This document shows, in pieces, positions 1 through 13,361 of a stretch of DNA of 64,000 bases. Positions within the stretch are counted from its first letter, which is position 1, and every line of letters starts with the position of its first letter. The notes under the pieces are model-generated. The model saw only the letters and a program-made list of their open reading frames with translations, did no database searches and was not told the origin of the DNA. Origin of the DNA: Eledone cirrhosa. Taxonomy: Eukaryota. A program made the translations under genes and the position numbers. The stretch lies in the NCBI GenBank assembly GCA_964016885.1, contig OZ024742.1:54932001-54996000 (forward strand), written 5' to 3'.

Positions 1-350
1 AAAATTATTAAAAATTAAATTAAAACTAAAATTAAAATTAAAATTAAAAATTAGAATTTAAAAATGTAAAAGTTAGGATCATATATGTATATATTTTAAG
101 AAATTTTAAGCAGTGAAATTATAGCAAATATTATAGATATGATTTAGAGATAACAATATATTAAAACAGAGTGGATAAGATTGTTATGGAGATAAGTAGT
201 AATATTATAAGTGGAATTATAATTCATATATAGTTCTAAACTTTTAATTTAGGCGATGTCTACAAGAACTAAATAAATTCGTCCGTACATTAATAGAGTT
301 CCTATATTTAAGTATGAACAAAATTTCCTCAACACACAATTTTCAAAATC
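1..350 (-). mobile_element. Penelope-like element 3' fragment (GIY-YIG C-terminus plus AT-rich 3' UTR), degraded
   Basis: Minus strand ~345-225 reads *KLCVEEILFILKYRNSINVRTNLFSSCRHRLN*KFR, clearly homologous to the PLE C-terminus at 44850-44989 (CHLCVEEIFFILKSKNSLNLRSNLFSCCRHRLN). TAAAAT low-complexity tail at 1-60. Confidence 0.75.
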
Positions 351-794
351 TAGATAAAGCTGTGTTTAAAAATCTATATAAAGCTTTGTTTAAAAATTTT
401 CCCGAATTTTTAATATTTTTTAATAAAATATTTTAATATCTTTTATTAGATTTATAATCACTAACTAATTCAGGCTAAATATATCTTTCAACATTTATAT
501 CTTTAACATTTATAGTTATTTTGACAAAATGTATTCCCCCATATTAACGTTACATGAGTCTATTCATCCTCTTGTTAATTTCTTCTATCTATCTATCTCG
601 TAATATTATTTTTTCTCTCTCTCTTTCTTCTCTCTCTTTCTCCAGTATCATTTAAATAAACGGTTGCTTTTCAATTATTTACATATTCACACATCAGTTT
701 AAATAATCCCTAATATATTTCCACTAGCCAGTGAATTTCCAACCGATAAGGTATGATTTTCATGGGTAGGTCTCTATTTATTAAACAAACTTTG

Positions 795-859
795 TGTTTT
801 ATCTGATGAAAGCGTACCAATATTGTCTTGGTTGCCCTTGAAATATATATCATAAAATA
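795..859 (+). ncRNA. Type I minimal hammerhead ribozyme (family A, PLE pseudo-LTR)
   Basis: Stem I TGTTTTAT(795-802)/ATAAAATA(852-859); CTGATGA 803-809; imperfect stem II hairpin; GAAA 840-843; palindromic stem III ATATATAT; AUC cleavage after 851. Confidence 0.8.
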
Positions 860-1149
860 AATATGGTTTTATAAATATAGTTTCCATTTATTTAATATCA
901 TTGAATATTTACTCCAGTAAACTGTTGAGTGCTATAAATCAGTTATAAACATTTATGTTTGTCAGAATTCCAACAAATTAAATACAACTTCTACTTTATA
1001 TATATATATATATATATAATGTATTTTTTTACTTACATATTTGTGTGCTCTGTTGCTGATGAATAATGATTTCAATCTGGTTCAATCTGAAATTATATGA
1101 AGAATTTTAAATTATAATACTTTTGCCATATAAGGCATGATATTATAAG

Positions 1150-1204
1150 TGAGAGAGGAGAGAAAGAGAAGAGAGAGAGAGAGAGGGAGAGAGAGAGAGA
1201 GAGG

Positions 1205-1303
<99 letters not shown>

Positions 1304-1340
1304 AGAGAGAAAGAGATAAAGACAGAGGAAGAGGGAGAGA
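1150..1340. repeat. (GA)n microsatellite
   Basis: Long GA dinucleotide run; explains the SLSLSL ORFs. Confidence 0.97.
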
Positions 1341-1619
1341 CATATAACAATAGCTTTGGAGAAAATGAATTTGCATGAGTTCTATTGTTATCGATAAATC
1401 TGGGCCAAACATTCGTATCTCTAAAGTTTTCAATGATTTCATTTCCTGCCATTAGCAACATACACATTAGTTAGCTATGAATAAATTATATCTATGTGTG
1501 CGTTTTTCCTCAGCCCAAGAATAGTATTTGATAATATACATATACATACTACGATTGTAATTTTCAAGAAAATTATTTGTAGTTATAAATATATATATAT
1601 ACATATATAAGCAGAAGGG

Positions 1620-1947
1620 ACATTCAATTTGTTGGTAATTCAACAAAATATAAATGTTTATAACTGATTCAGAGCATTCGACAAGTTTTCTGAAGTATAA
1701 TATTCAATGATATTAAATAAATGGAAACTATATTTATAAAACCCTATTTATTCTGTTATATATATTTCAAGGGCTTTCCTTGAAAACTTGAACCGTTAAG
1801 GTATTTTTCTTGGTTATTTCAAAATTTATAAAACACACTTCGTATTTTATCTGATGAAAGCGTACCAAAATGTTGGTACCTTTGAAATATATATAATAGA
1901 ATAAATATGGTTTTATAAATATAGTTTCCATTTATTTAATATCATTG
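1620..1947. mobile_element. Inverted pair of family A pseudo-LTR fragments
   Basis: 1622-1773 is a diverged reverse complement of 837-985, truncated inside HHR stem II. 1780-1947 is a plus-strand copy. Confidence 0.75.
1843..1903 (+). ncRNA. Type I minimal hammerhead ribozyme (family A)
   Basis: TATTTTAT/ATAGAATA stem I; CTGATGA 1851-1857; stem II GTACCAA-aatg-TTGGTAC; GAAA 1884-1887; ATATATAT stem III; AUA site at 1895. Confidence 0.8.
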
Positions 1948-2289
1948 TATATATACATATATATATATTTACATATATATATCCACATATATTTCCATCC
2001 ATCTATCAGTTCATTGCTTCATCATTCATAGCCACATATCTATCCATATACACGCATATATATATATACACATATTCATATATACGCAAACCCACACATT
2101 ATATATAGATGTGTGTGTGTATGTGCGCGCGTGCGTGCGTGCGTGTGGGGGTGGGGGTATGTATTTAGGTGCATGTGTGTATGTGTTTTGGTGGGTATGT
2201 GTAGCAAAAAGTAGTCAATATCCATCTAATTTCACCTGATATATAGCTGTAGTCAATATCTTTATATCTAAACCTTTAATAACATAAAA

Positions 2290-2482
2290 TATAACTGTTT
2301 CTACTTTTCGCACAAGGCCAGCAATTACCCAGTGCACTACTGGTACTTTATTTTATCGACCCCGTAAGGATGAAAGGCAAAGTTAACCTCGGCGGGATTT
2401 GAACACAGAATGGCAAGGGCCGTAACTCTATGCGTCAAAGCATGGCGTCCGACCTTCTACCGACACTGCCAATCCACCGCCT
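2290..2482 (-). mobile_element. tRNA-derived SINE (family S1)
   Basis: Reverse complement shows A box TGGCAGTGTCGG, B box GTTCAAATCC and body GCCTTTCATCCTTACGGGGTCGATAAAATAAAGTACCAG. Same family at 9050-10430 and 11808-11985. Confidence 0.85.
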
Positions 2483-3789
2483 TTAATGACATAAAATATA
2501 ACGATGGTGAGTATTGTTACGGGAGCATCAAGAATTGTTACTTAATTTATCCATCATTTAGATAATTAGAAGTTAGCTAGTTCTTCCTGGAGAAATGAAG
2601 TTTCAATTTCTCAATTTCGTATTTCTTAATTTCACAATTATATCCTTTGAATGACGCTTTTAGATCCTTTGTTTAAATTTGTAAAATTCATTACAACAAT
2701 TTTTTACGTCTCATTCATACTTGATTACTTGTGGAAAACTTAATGTAAAAGATTGCGATTTCCTATTTTGGTCTTCGTAATATCATCATGATGAAAGCTT
2801 CAGATCTATTTTTATTGGGTGGTGGCATATTTATGCTTGTTCGAATGCGCACATGGTTAACTGTTTCAGGATAGTCTTTCATTGTCCCTCACTAACTGAG
2901 AGGCCGAAAATCAAACTGTGGGTGTGTATGGTATATAGCGCGTGTTCAACACATCTTAATACGCATTCATAGTTTAAATTGCCTCGTTGAAAGAAAGTGA
3001 TCATCAGGATGAATTAAGTTATCTTTACCACATATTGGTTATTTTCTATTTTAAATTATTTATTGTCACACATATTCCGTAGACAGTGTATGATCCTCCA
3101 GCGGGAGTTAATAATAAATGACGAAATAAACCTCGAAAGGATTTGAACCTTGAAAAGAAACAGATGTTACATATTGATTAACTGAGCCACACACAATCAT
3201 ATACTGTGGATTTCTGGTGTGATATAATGGAAATAAGGTTACAGTTATTATAATTTCAGTGTGAAACCATGACACCTTTCATTCAAATTCGTATTTGTAA
3301 TGATTTAACATTTATAAAAGAAAGATACCCCAAGAAAATAACTTAAGTTTAGATCTAGGCATGAGTATTGAAAGAAGAAGTAGAATACAGGAAATACAGC
3401 TTTGTACAAATAGTCATTGTATATAAGGCATCACCAAAAATGAAATATTTAGTTGTCATATTTTGCCATTCCTATTGAAATAGAATTTACTAGTATATTG
3501 TGAGTTAATTGAATATGTGATATCAAATAATGCACACTTCAACACTGTTAAAATAGCTCATCTAATCTTTGCAAACTTCAAAACAATATCATGAAAACAA
3601 AAACATGAAAGAAATAAACAATATGTAAGAGAAATATTGATAAAGACATTTTTTGTTCTATAGAAGACTTTTAATATGACTCTGGTCAAATTATAGAAAC
3701 ATAGAAATTACGTTTAATAATATAAATGTGAGTGGGTTTCGAGATCTCTATCATCATATTTTAATAATGTTTATATTCAAATAATGTGT

Positions 3790-4960
3790 TTGCAGATGTA
3801 ACGCAAAATATTAAATAACTTGAAAACATATTCCTTTAAATCCGAGGTAAAAGACAAATTATGTATCAGTAAAATATGTCACCGATTGTTGTTCTTCGTA
3901 AGAAGAGTACTGGAGCGTGAAAGTTGTTGGTCGATGCAAGCTCATGTATTTCAAGTAGCACCAGTAGATATTTCAAGAAACATCTCTATATACGAGGTTT
4001 GGAACGGGCGGTGTCCCAACACCTGACTAACCTAAGGAGCTTCGGTATCACTTTTGCCAGTGGTTGCAACACCTACAGATTTAATACACCACCTGCTGAG
4101 CTATCGACTCCTGAATTCAGAGACGAGGTACAGCAAGTACCACTCAGAAACACAATTGTGTTTACCAAGTATATCGGTTCGACAAATGCTTTATATGTTT
4201 GCACAATTACATTGGAATCTGGAGATGTTTCACAAAATGTGACAATGTTAAATGGTTTTTCATGTTAAGAATGAATGGAAACATTGAATTAGAGAGCTAT
4301 GGAAGATGTTATGTAATTCTTATTATCGTGAAAATGTCCCACAAATTTTTTTTACAATAGCTAAATGAGAAACATATTAGGATTTCAGAAGCCCAAGAAT
4401 ATATGATGCACTTTACCGGTGACGCACGAAATATTAGACTTAGACATTGAAAGAGAACCGTTTAGCCTTACCCATAAAAATCATTATTTTATAGATATGG
4501 AAAATAAACTTTTCCTTGTGACAATTGAAAATAAATCAGCAGAGATTACTGCGAAGCACCTAATTTACTCTTCAAATTTACAGGGAAGAAAAAGGAAGAG
4601 ATATGTTTTTAAGTGCAAACCAAATTCCCTCTGGCCTGAGAGATATTGATGTCACTAAATCAAATAAAGTGGGAATGTGGTTGCCAAGGAATATATTTAT
4701 ATTCAGTTATTTAGTGACACAAACTTTCAATATACAAACCAATTGATATACAAGGAAATTACTGCATGTAAGAAGAGAAAATTGGTGAACTTTAAACACA
4801 GCTGGAAGACAGGCGCTAGAACGAGAACGCACTGAAGTAATTTGAAGCAATATGCCTTGTCATACATGTTAGTTGTAGCAGATTACTTGTTTAATCCCTT
4901 TACAAAAAATGTTCCTGTTTAATTAAAAATCTTCAAAGAAAGTTTTTATATAAGAAGCAA
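3790..4960 (+). pseudogene. Possible decayed coding sequence of unknown identity
   Basis: Non-repetitive block with protein-like ORF pieces (3924-4268, 4419-4649) broken by stops and frameshifts, preceded by TTTGCAG. No family recognised. Confidence 0.25.
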
Positions 4961-5224
4961 CTGCTAAGTTACCATCTAATTAATGAAATAATTTCAATTA
5001 ATACCCAAAAGATTATTCATTAATTCAGATCAATTATTGTATAGTCTTTATATTGTATATTTATAGCTATATATTGGTGGGTGTACATATACGGTCCATT
5101 TTGTTTTATGAATGTGTCCGCATTATGTATAAGCTTGGATAATATATGTAGGTATAGGTATGTATATTTGTGGTTGTGTGGCCCTGACGATGGGTGTTCG
5201 ATGTTTTCTTTTATCAATAATGCA

Positions 5225-5460
5225 GTCGTCTCATGAAATTAACGAACAATTCCCTCAACCAGCTTACGAACATTTAACACAATTCTCGGGAAGCACTGTA
5301 TGACACATCTCGCCCATTCAATTACAGGGGTAACATTTTTGACAGGAGGGTGGACTGGAGCAACATGAAACTAAGTGTCTTCAACAAAGTCACAACGCGT
5401 CAACATTATTCAAAATAACACTGCTGCGTTCAGAAGCACTATATCACGCGCCTTCGCAAT
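5225..5460 (-). mobile_element. Degenerate SINE (family S2)
   Basis: TGGAGCAACATGAAACTAAGTGTCTT...CACAAC is a diverged reverse complement of the body of the SINE at 19561-19680. Confidence 0.6.
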
Positions 5461-6477
5461 GTATATGTACATCTATATACTTTCAAAGCATATTTGTTAA
5501 AATGCTTAGTCAAAGGAGATATTAGCCATTGTGCCTACTACTTATTTTGTAACAACATTTTGGAATGTTCACGTTCCTCACAACACTTGTCAAATTCAAT
5601 TGTATTCATTTATATTTATTTCTAATCTAACTATTCCAATATCATCGCAATTTCTCCAACATCTGTATTGCTTGCATGTGCCTGCTTTAAAAGGAGATTA
5701 GAGAAAATCTGGATGCAACATGCATAATTTATTCTGCCAAAGGTATTAAAACATTCTTATTTTATTTTACGTCCGTCACAATTAAATATATATTCTAGAT
5801 ATTCTTAATATCACGTTCTATAACATGGCGATCTTAAGACAACATACATCGCCAGAAACTTCTGAAACGTTTTAAGCAAATATAATTAGTACCGTTAAAT
5901 GTGTACCTTGCCTTTAAAATTAAATAATGGGTATACTGAGAATGCTTTCCATGTTTTTATATCTCATCAGCGACGTATGTTAACAAAAAGTATATATAAA
6001 TTATGAAGGGATCTTACACGTATGGTACGAAAATTGTTGGCTTGTGAATATTTATCTACAACACTACCGTTAAAATAGTTTGTAAGGAGATCAATTAAGT
6101 TATGTTCGAAACAAAAGCTTAATAATAAAAACATAAAATTACGAAATACCTCCAAATTCCTGCTTAATTTCGAACGATTTGAAAAGCGGAGGCAATGCAC
6201 TATATTATAGGTAATGAAGGGGTAAACTGTCGGTATTTCAAAGAGAAAAAAGGATATTAACCTCATGGAATATGAAAGCTTCTCTGATCAATAGATTTTA
6301 AAATAGAATAAAATTTAAAAAACTACCTTTCTACAAAGATTTTGCTCTCAGCTTGGGTTGAGTATTTCTTTCAAATGATATATAGGAAATATCATTTCAT
6401 CTCAATATTTTAGATATTAGAACTTCCTGATTGTAACATATATGACACGATGCAAACCCACGCACACATTAACACAA

Positions 6478-6522
<45 letters not shown>

Positions 6523-6636
6523 CGTATGTATGTTTGTGAGTATATATATATATATATATATATATATACTCACAAACATACATACGCACACACACACACA
6601 CATACATATGCATATATATACATATATATATATACA

Positions 6637-6703
<67 letters not shown>

Positions 6704-9049
6704 GTGTGTGTGTGTGAGTGGGTGGTGCGCGCGAATGTACTTCTTTTTCTATGATATATTTCACTTATATTGTCTTTTATGTGTTGCTGTATTTATTATA
6801 AATTCCATTCAGAATTAGGTAAATACTTTTGGATACAAGCCATCGTAGTTTGCTAGATATTTATATCTCCTATTTCTTATTTGTGATATTCCACCATATT
6901 CCAAAAAAGCATCTAAAGAGGATAAAATAAAACGACTAAGTGTTCTTCTCTAAACAATTTATTTTTCGTAATCGTTTCAGCCGCCAAAATTTACAATGTC
7001 GGTAGCTGTTTCTTAGTAAATGTCTAATGTCTAATGATGTCAGTAGGGTTTTCTATTACTCTAAATGGTCTCACATAGTGCAGGGTTCCAATTAAAAGAA
7101 AACGTAAATGATAGAAATCCTTAAGGTAATTAATTTAGTGGTACTTCATTGATAAAAGTCAATGGTGGCATCCCTTGTATTTGATCTCAGAATTCAGAAA
7201 TTCTACACGACACACTGATGTTTCTGATTATTCGCTGACTGAGTTTCCCTTTCTGCGTCATTTTTATAGAATTCGTATGTCACCAGTTGTATGCTAATAG
7301 TATGTAACTTTGGAATATGTATTTTTATGTTAGCATAAGTATTTTAAAATCTATAACATTTAATAATCATGATTCAATATTTTTGCTGTGATATTTCCAT
7401 TTCAAGTTATATTCATATCAGTGTCTTTAGAAGGCAGCAGATATTTTGCACCGGTCGCTGCCGAAACCTTAGGCGTCTTTGGACCCCGAACAAATTACTT
7501 TCTCTGTATAATCGGATCGATAGCAACCCGCCTGAAGAAGTACCCCAGCTAGGTGGGGTGGCTATTACAGCGTATGTCACTGGCCATTGTCCGCGGAAAT
7601 GCCTTTGCCATCTTGTCAGTGGGGGCAGCAGAAACACAACTTTCATCTATGTACAGAGCGCTATTCCCCCCCTTCCTGTCTACCTTTAGTAGTCCTTGCT
7701 CTTCCCCACCTTTTCCTCTTATCCATGGCATTTGTTATCTTTTCCAGTGCTGTTTTCTCTTTGATCCGTTTAATTTTGAGCTCAACTGACGCCGTTACCC
7801 ATTAACAATGTATATATCTACCAGGAACACATTGTTTGAATTATTTCAACAACTGTTATTATTATTCATAGTAAAGTTAACTATTCAAGCATACCACTCA
7901 ATCAAATACTCTCTCATATAAATTCCTCCAATATTTTAACATATATTTCAGTTTTCTCTTCTAATCTTTGTAATGCACAAACCGATGCCAGCAGCCTCAA
8001 ATATCTTGGAGATAATGCAAATGTTTTATATTCCCTGTACATGTTTATGTCCTTTAAATTCTATAAAGTTTATGATTGATAAAATGTACGAATACATCAA
8101 AGAATAAAATAGCTTAACATAGCTGTGGAAAGAATGTTGGAAACGGGAAATGTCGATATAAAAATCACAAGAAGTGCTATAATATAGCAAGCAGGAAGCA
8201 ACGTAAATACCCTCTTCCACCAACACATTGCATGGATTGCAACAGACGTATATTTGTGTATATAATTGTACATCACGGAATGCTAAGAACATTTAGAACA
8301 TACTATGGTTATATATTTAATCTGATTTAAGATTGCTATACAAAACGTGTGAAAATGTAATACAATGTTTAAGTATAGCTTCTTGAATTCACATAAGCTC
8401 AATAATAATTATCTGAAAGAACGTATAAAGCAAAAATTTATGTTACAATAACATTGCCGTCTATATTTGATAAACCTAGGTCCATGACACAAGGCCCACC
8501 GGACAAACGTCCTAGGACAACATTTTCACAGGAAAATCCCTGCCCTACAACTTCATGATGCAGTCTTATTTAACATTCCACAGGCAAGAACAATTGAGTC
8601 AATCTTGACATAATCTTGCCAATGTGGTTTCTTCGACTGGATATATTTATGTTCAAAACGTCTAGTTGCTGCAATGTTTGCAAAGGTGTTTATCGAAAGC
8701 TGTGTGTTGCCTTTGTTGAAATTGCTATGCAAATCGTCCGTCATTTGTTTTAAGATACCAGACATGAGATTATTATAATTCGTCAATGTGTACGTACATT
8801 GATTTCAAACCAAAGTTTTGCAGAGTTTTGGTCATATTTTACCGGAAAAAATAATTTGTTTGGGTAACTTTTCTAACGGAAATTCAGGGTGTAAAATATA
8901 TTTTAAAAGTGCAAAGAATATTTTCATTATACTATGAATGACTTGAAATCAATTGTCATCCAGTGTGTAAAATGAATTCTGAAATATTAATTCAGGAAGT
9001 AAGCACTGAGTAAGGAATTTTGTCCTGCAAACGACAGACAATGACTGCA

Positions 9050-10435
9050 GTAATCATTGTTTCTACTTTTGGCACAAGGCCAGCAATTATCCAGTGCATT
9101 ACTGGTACTTTATTTTATCGACCCCGTAAGAATGAAAGGCAAAGTCAACCTCGGCGGGATTTGAACTCAGATCGTAAAGTGACGTAACTATGCTGAAAAG
9201 CATGATGTCCGACCCTCTACCGATACTGCCAATGCACCGCCCTTTGACTGCAGTAATAATGATGATAATTGTTTCTACTTTTGGCAAGAGGGCAGCAATT
9301 ACTCCAGCGTATTACTGGTAATATATTTTATCTATCCCGTAAAGATGAAAGGCAAAGTTAACCTCAGCGGGATTTGGACTCAGATCATAATTGTTTCTAC
9401 TTTTGGCAAAAAGGCCAGCAATTAACCAGTGCATTACTGGTACTTTATTTTATCGACCCCGTAGGGATGAAAGGCAAAGTTAACCTCGGCTTGTTTCTAC
9501 TTTTGGCACAAGGCCAGCAATTACCCAGTGTATTACTGGTACTTTATTTTATCGACCCCATAAGATCATAATGATAATAATTGTTTCTACATTTGGCACA
9601 AGGCCAGCAATTATGCAGTACATTACTTGTACTATATGTTATCGACCCTGTAAGGATGAAAGGCAAAGTTAACCTCGACGGGAATGATCAGTAATAATGA
9701 TAATAATCATGATTTCTACTATAGACGCAAGGACAATAATTTTGGGGCAGGGAAAAGTCGATTAAATTGACACCAGTGCATTACTGGTGCTTTATTTTAT
9801 AGACCCAGCAAGGATGAAAGGCAAAGTTAACTTCGGCGGGATTTGAACTCAGATCATAATGATAATAATTGTTTCTATTTTTGGCACAAGGCCAGCAATT
9901 ATACCAGTGTATCACTGGTACTTTATTTTATCGACCCCGTAAGGATGAAAGGGAAAGTTAACCTCGGCGGGATTTGAACTCAGACCATAAAGGGCTGTAA
10001 CTCTATTCTGCAAAGTATGTCATCCGACCCTCTACCGATACTGCCAATCCACCATAATAATTTTTTCTACTTTTGGCACAAGGCCAGCAATTACCCAGTG
10101 AATTAATGGTGCTTTATTTTATTGATCCCATAAGGATGAAAGGCAAAGTTAACCTTGGTGGGATTTGAACTCAGATTGGAAAGGGCCGTAACTCTATGCG
10201 TCAAAGCAAGGCGTCCGACCTTCTACCGATACTGCCAATCCACCATAATAATTGTTTCTAACTTTGGCAAAAGGCCATCAATTACCCAGTGCATTACTGG
10301 TACTTTATTTTATCGACCCGTAAGGATGAAAGGCAAAGTTAATCTCAGCGGGATTTGAACTCAGAATGGCAAGGGCCGTAACTCTATGCGTTAAAGCAGG
10401 GCGTCCGACGCTCTACCGATACTGCCACCATAATA
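9050..10435 (-). mobile_element. Tandem cluster of about 10 full or partial S1 SINE copies
   Basis: Repeated TTGTTTCTACTTTTGGCACAAGGCCAGCAATT...TATCGACCCCGTAAGGATGAAAGGCAAAGTTAACCTCGGCGGGATTTGAACTCAGA units, all co-oriented, separated by (AAT)n-like spacers. Confidence 0.9.
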
Positions 10436-11807
10436 ATGATCAGTAATAATGATAATAATAATATGAATAATAATAATTAATCCTGCAAAACCAATATATC
10501 GTAAAAATGAAGAATATTAGGCTACAGGTTATCAAGTGTATTCATTCATGAAGAGATAGTGTAAGAGCTGAAATAACAAACGAAGGAAATATCAGTGTCA
10601 TTGACACGCAAAAGGGCGACATTTAGAATCATGTCAGACTGATAGACAGGCAATTTTTAGGTTACATTAAATATTCTACAGAGGTAATGAAGTAATGCAT
10701 AATGGAAGTAATAAACTCCCGGAAAATGAGTCACAAAACTAAAAATTGATCAATTAATACACTATAGCAAAGACCATAATTGTGTACAGTCTCTTCACAA
10801 TTAGAATCTGAAGACCACGAAGAAATATACTTAGGGATGGTAACGTTGCTAATGGATAAATACACAGCTAAAAGGGGATTACCATCTGGTTAGTCACATA
10901 AGTAACAAAAACATTTTAAGTATTTACTAAAGGTAGATGTGCACCTAATTCTAACAAGATATCTGATCTAATCCATACAAAAATAATGCTTTACTATTAA
11001 GAAAAGAATTCGTTATTAGAGGAATCCTACGAAAAGAAAAGTGGCGGTAATACCATCGATGACAAATAAGTGATATATAATGCAAAACATTATGGACATC
11101 AGTAACTGCATGAAGGTAAAAATGATTAACTTGAAGTATTTAAAAGACTGTTCCATACATCTCGCTTAGCAGCTTTCAATTGCACACTGGAAATCATAAT
11201 TAACCCCTTTCGCAGATTTTGACAAGGTAGCGAGCGATACATGAGGTTTAATCTTTCTTCGCTTCTTCCAAATTCTTTGATTCCAGAGACAGAGTTGATA
11301 ATTAAGTATTCGCTCCAAATTCGAAAACAAAAATGGCAAATTATTTTTACTGACAAAATCTTTGCATATAAATTAGACCCAAAATATATATTGTAAAGCA
11401 ACAGTATGTTGTTTAAAGTTACCGAAATAGTTACCACGATGAATTATAGAGCAAGAAAATGGTTTAGATTGTATAGACAGTTCTTTATACAACATAATTG
11501 TCTTTAAATAGGTCAGATCAACTTTAAGAGTAATTTCGAGAAATGCTATTAACGTAAATAACTTTGACAAAAGCAGTCTTTTAATCAAAGTAACACATCT
11601 GTAGTTAATTGCAATGCGAATATTATCACCTTTCCTTTGTTTACTTCACATTTAGTTGTGTACTCAATTTAATCTCCTGCACTATTGAGAAAAATGATAT
11701 CTATTTTCGATTGAGAAATGGTTTAACAAGGGCTTCATATCAGTCTAATCAAATTTTTTGTCAAGATAGATCGCAAATTACTGCGTTGCAAAAACATTTC
11801 CTACTGT

Positions 11808-11985
11808 CGGTGGATTGGCAGTATCGGTAGAGGGTCGGACGCCATGCTTTGACGCATAGAGTTACGGCCCTTGCCATTCTGAGTTCAAATCCCGCCGAGG
11901 TTAACTTTGCCTTTCGGTGTCCATAAAATAAAGTACCAGTAATGCACTGGGTAATTGCTGGCCTTGTCCAAAAGTAGAAACAATT
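11808..11985 (+). mobile_element. tRNA-derived SINE (family S1) with an internal deletion
   Basis: A box TGGCAGTATCGG (~11816), B box GAGTTCAAATCC (11881); body lacks ATCCTTACGG relative to other copies. Confidence 0.85.
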
Positions 11986-12159
11986 ATATATATAATATTA
12001 CTTTAGTAAATTCTGATTGAAACAACATTTTAAACATCAGATACAAAGTGAAAGAGATTAAAATCTCGCGTAAAGGACAACACAACTTGAAATCAAGGAT
12101 AGGATAGCTGTCCTTAATTTAAAAAGAGATTTTTATTTTTAAAAAGTGGGCAGAGAATG

Positions 12160-12192
<33 letters not shown>

Positions 12193-12244
12193 GAGTGCGC
12201 GCACACACACACACGCAGGAGCACATATACAGACGCACACACAA

Positions 12245-12303
<59 letters not shown>

Positions 12304-12486
12304 TTACAGTAATCAAAGTTCAGTTTAAGTCATTTATTTGCTTACAATTGTTTCCTCCAAACCGAGGTTTGGATTCTTCGGATAGTAATTAATGACTATC
12401 TCTCACTATTTAGGGTTTGTGTATATATAATATATTACCATCAAAGGTTTTATTGCATACATAACCATAAATAGTACCCTTAATAC

Positions 12487-12561
<75 letters not shown>

Positions 12562-12949
12562 GTTACTTGCTTCCGTAGACTTCATTACATTATCGCCTAA
12601 AAAAATTAAGGAGGTTTAATTTGATTATAACTTCAATAGATACTAATATAGTTGTAATAATGACAGACATGGATTTTATGAACAACGGAACAGAACTGCA
12701 AGTATTGTCAGGTTAAACAACGTTAATGAAGAATGTGGTAAAATAATTCTGACAATTCTAAACTTTCATAATTTTAGGAGAAATTTGTTTACGAATTGCA
12801 GCCAAAGAATGCGGTGAAAGTATATATCAAGAGGTAATTAAAAAGTTTTTAATATCTTTTTTTGTGTGCATAATATCCATTGGGAAGGAAACACGTGTAG
12901 ATCAAATAAATAATGTAATAACTATTCAACTCGGCGACATAAATATGTA

Positions 12950-13010
<61 letters not shown>

Positions 13011-13310
13011 CATTAAAATAACAGATTAAAGTTTAAGCAAAGAATCGCTGCTTTCACCCTTAACAGGATCACCTGAAACTAAACAAAATCAATCTGTGAA
13101 CGCAAAAGTAAATATTTCGAAAATCGTTGCAATCGAAGGAAGACAGGAAGACGATACGTTGGTTCGTAGGAAACTTTCCTTGGCAAAGAACCGGATAAAA
13201 CGAAGATAATACGTCATTAGTTGGATCGTTTAAAACGATTACACGCTAAGATAAAACCACGTGGTTTTGTCTTTGCGTGTAATCGTCTTCACCGCTCCAA
13301 ATAATGACCT
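13011..13310 (-). mobile_element. Family B pseudo-LTR-like fragment with degenerate HHR (13030-13080)
   Basis: Homologous to the arms of 20103-20720; core reads CAGGTGA...GAAA...TT. Confidence 0.6.
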
Positions 13311-13322
13311 ATTATGTATCTG

Positions 13323-13357
<35 letters not shown>

Positions 13358-13361
<4 letters not shown>

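Noticed and set aside
1093-1467. SLSLSL ORFs
   Set aside because: Translation of the (GA)n repeat.
5180-5222. GCCCTGACGATGGG followed by ATCAATAA as an HHR
   Set aside because: No GAAA or stem III; at most a deleted remnant.
8460-8900. Possible DNA transposon (MULE-like) remnant
   Set aside because: No convincing catalytic motif or paired terminal inverted repeats visible.
9050-10435. CRISPR-like repeat/spacer appearance
   Set aside because: Units are SINE fragments with Pol III A/B boxes, no unique spacers, no cas genes, eukaryotic context.
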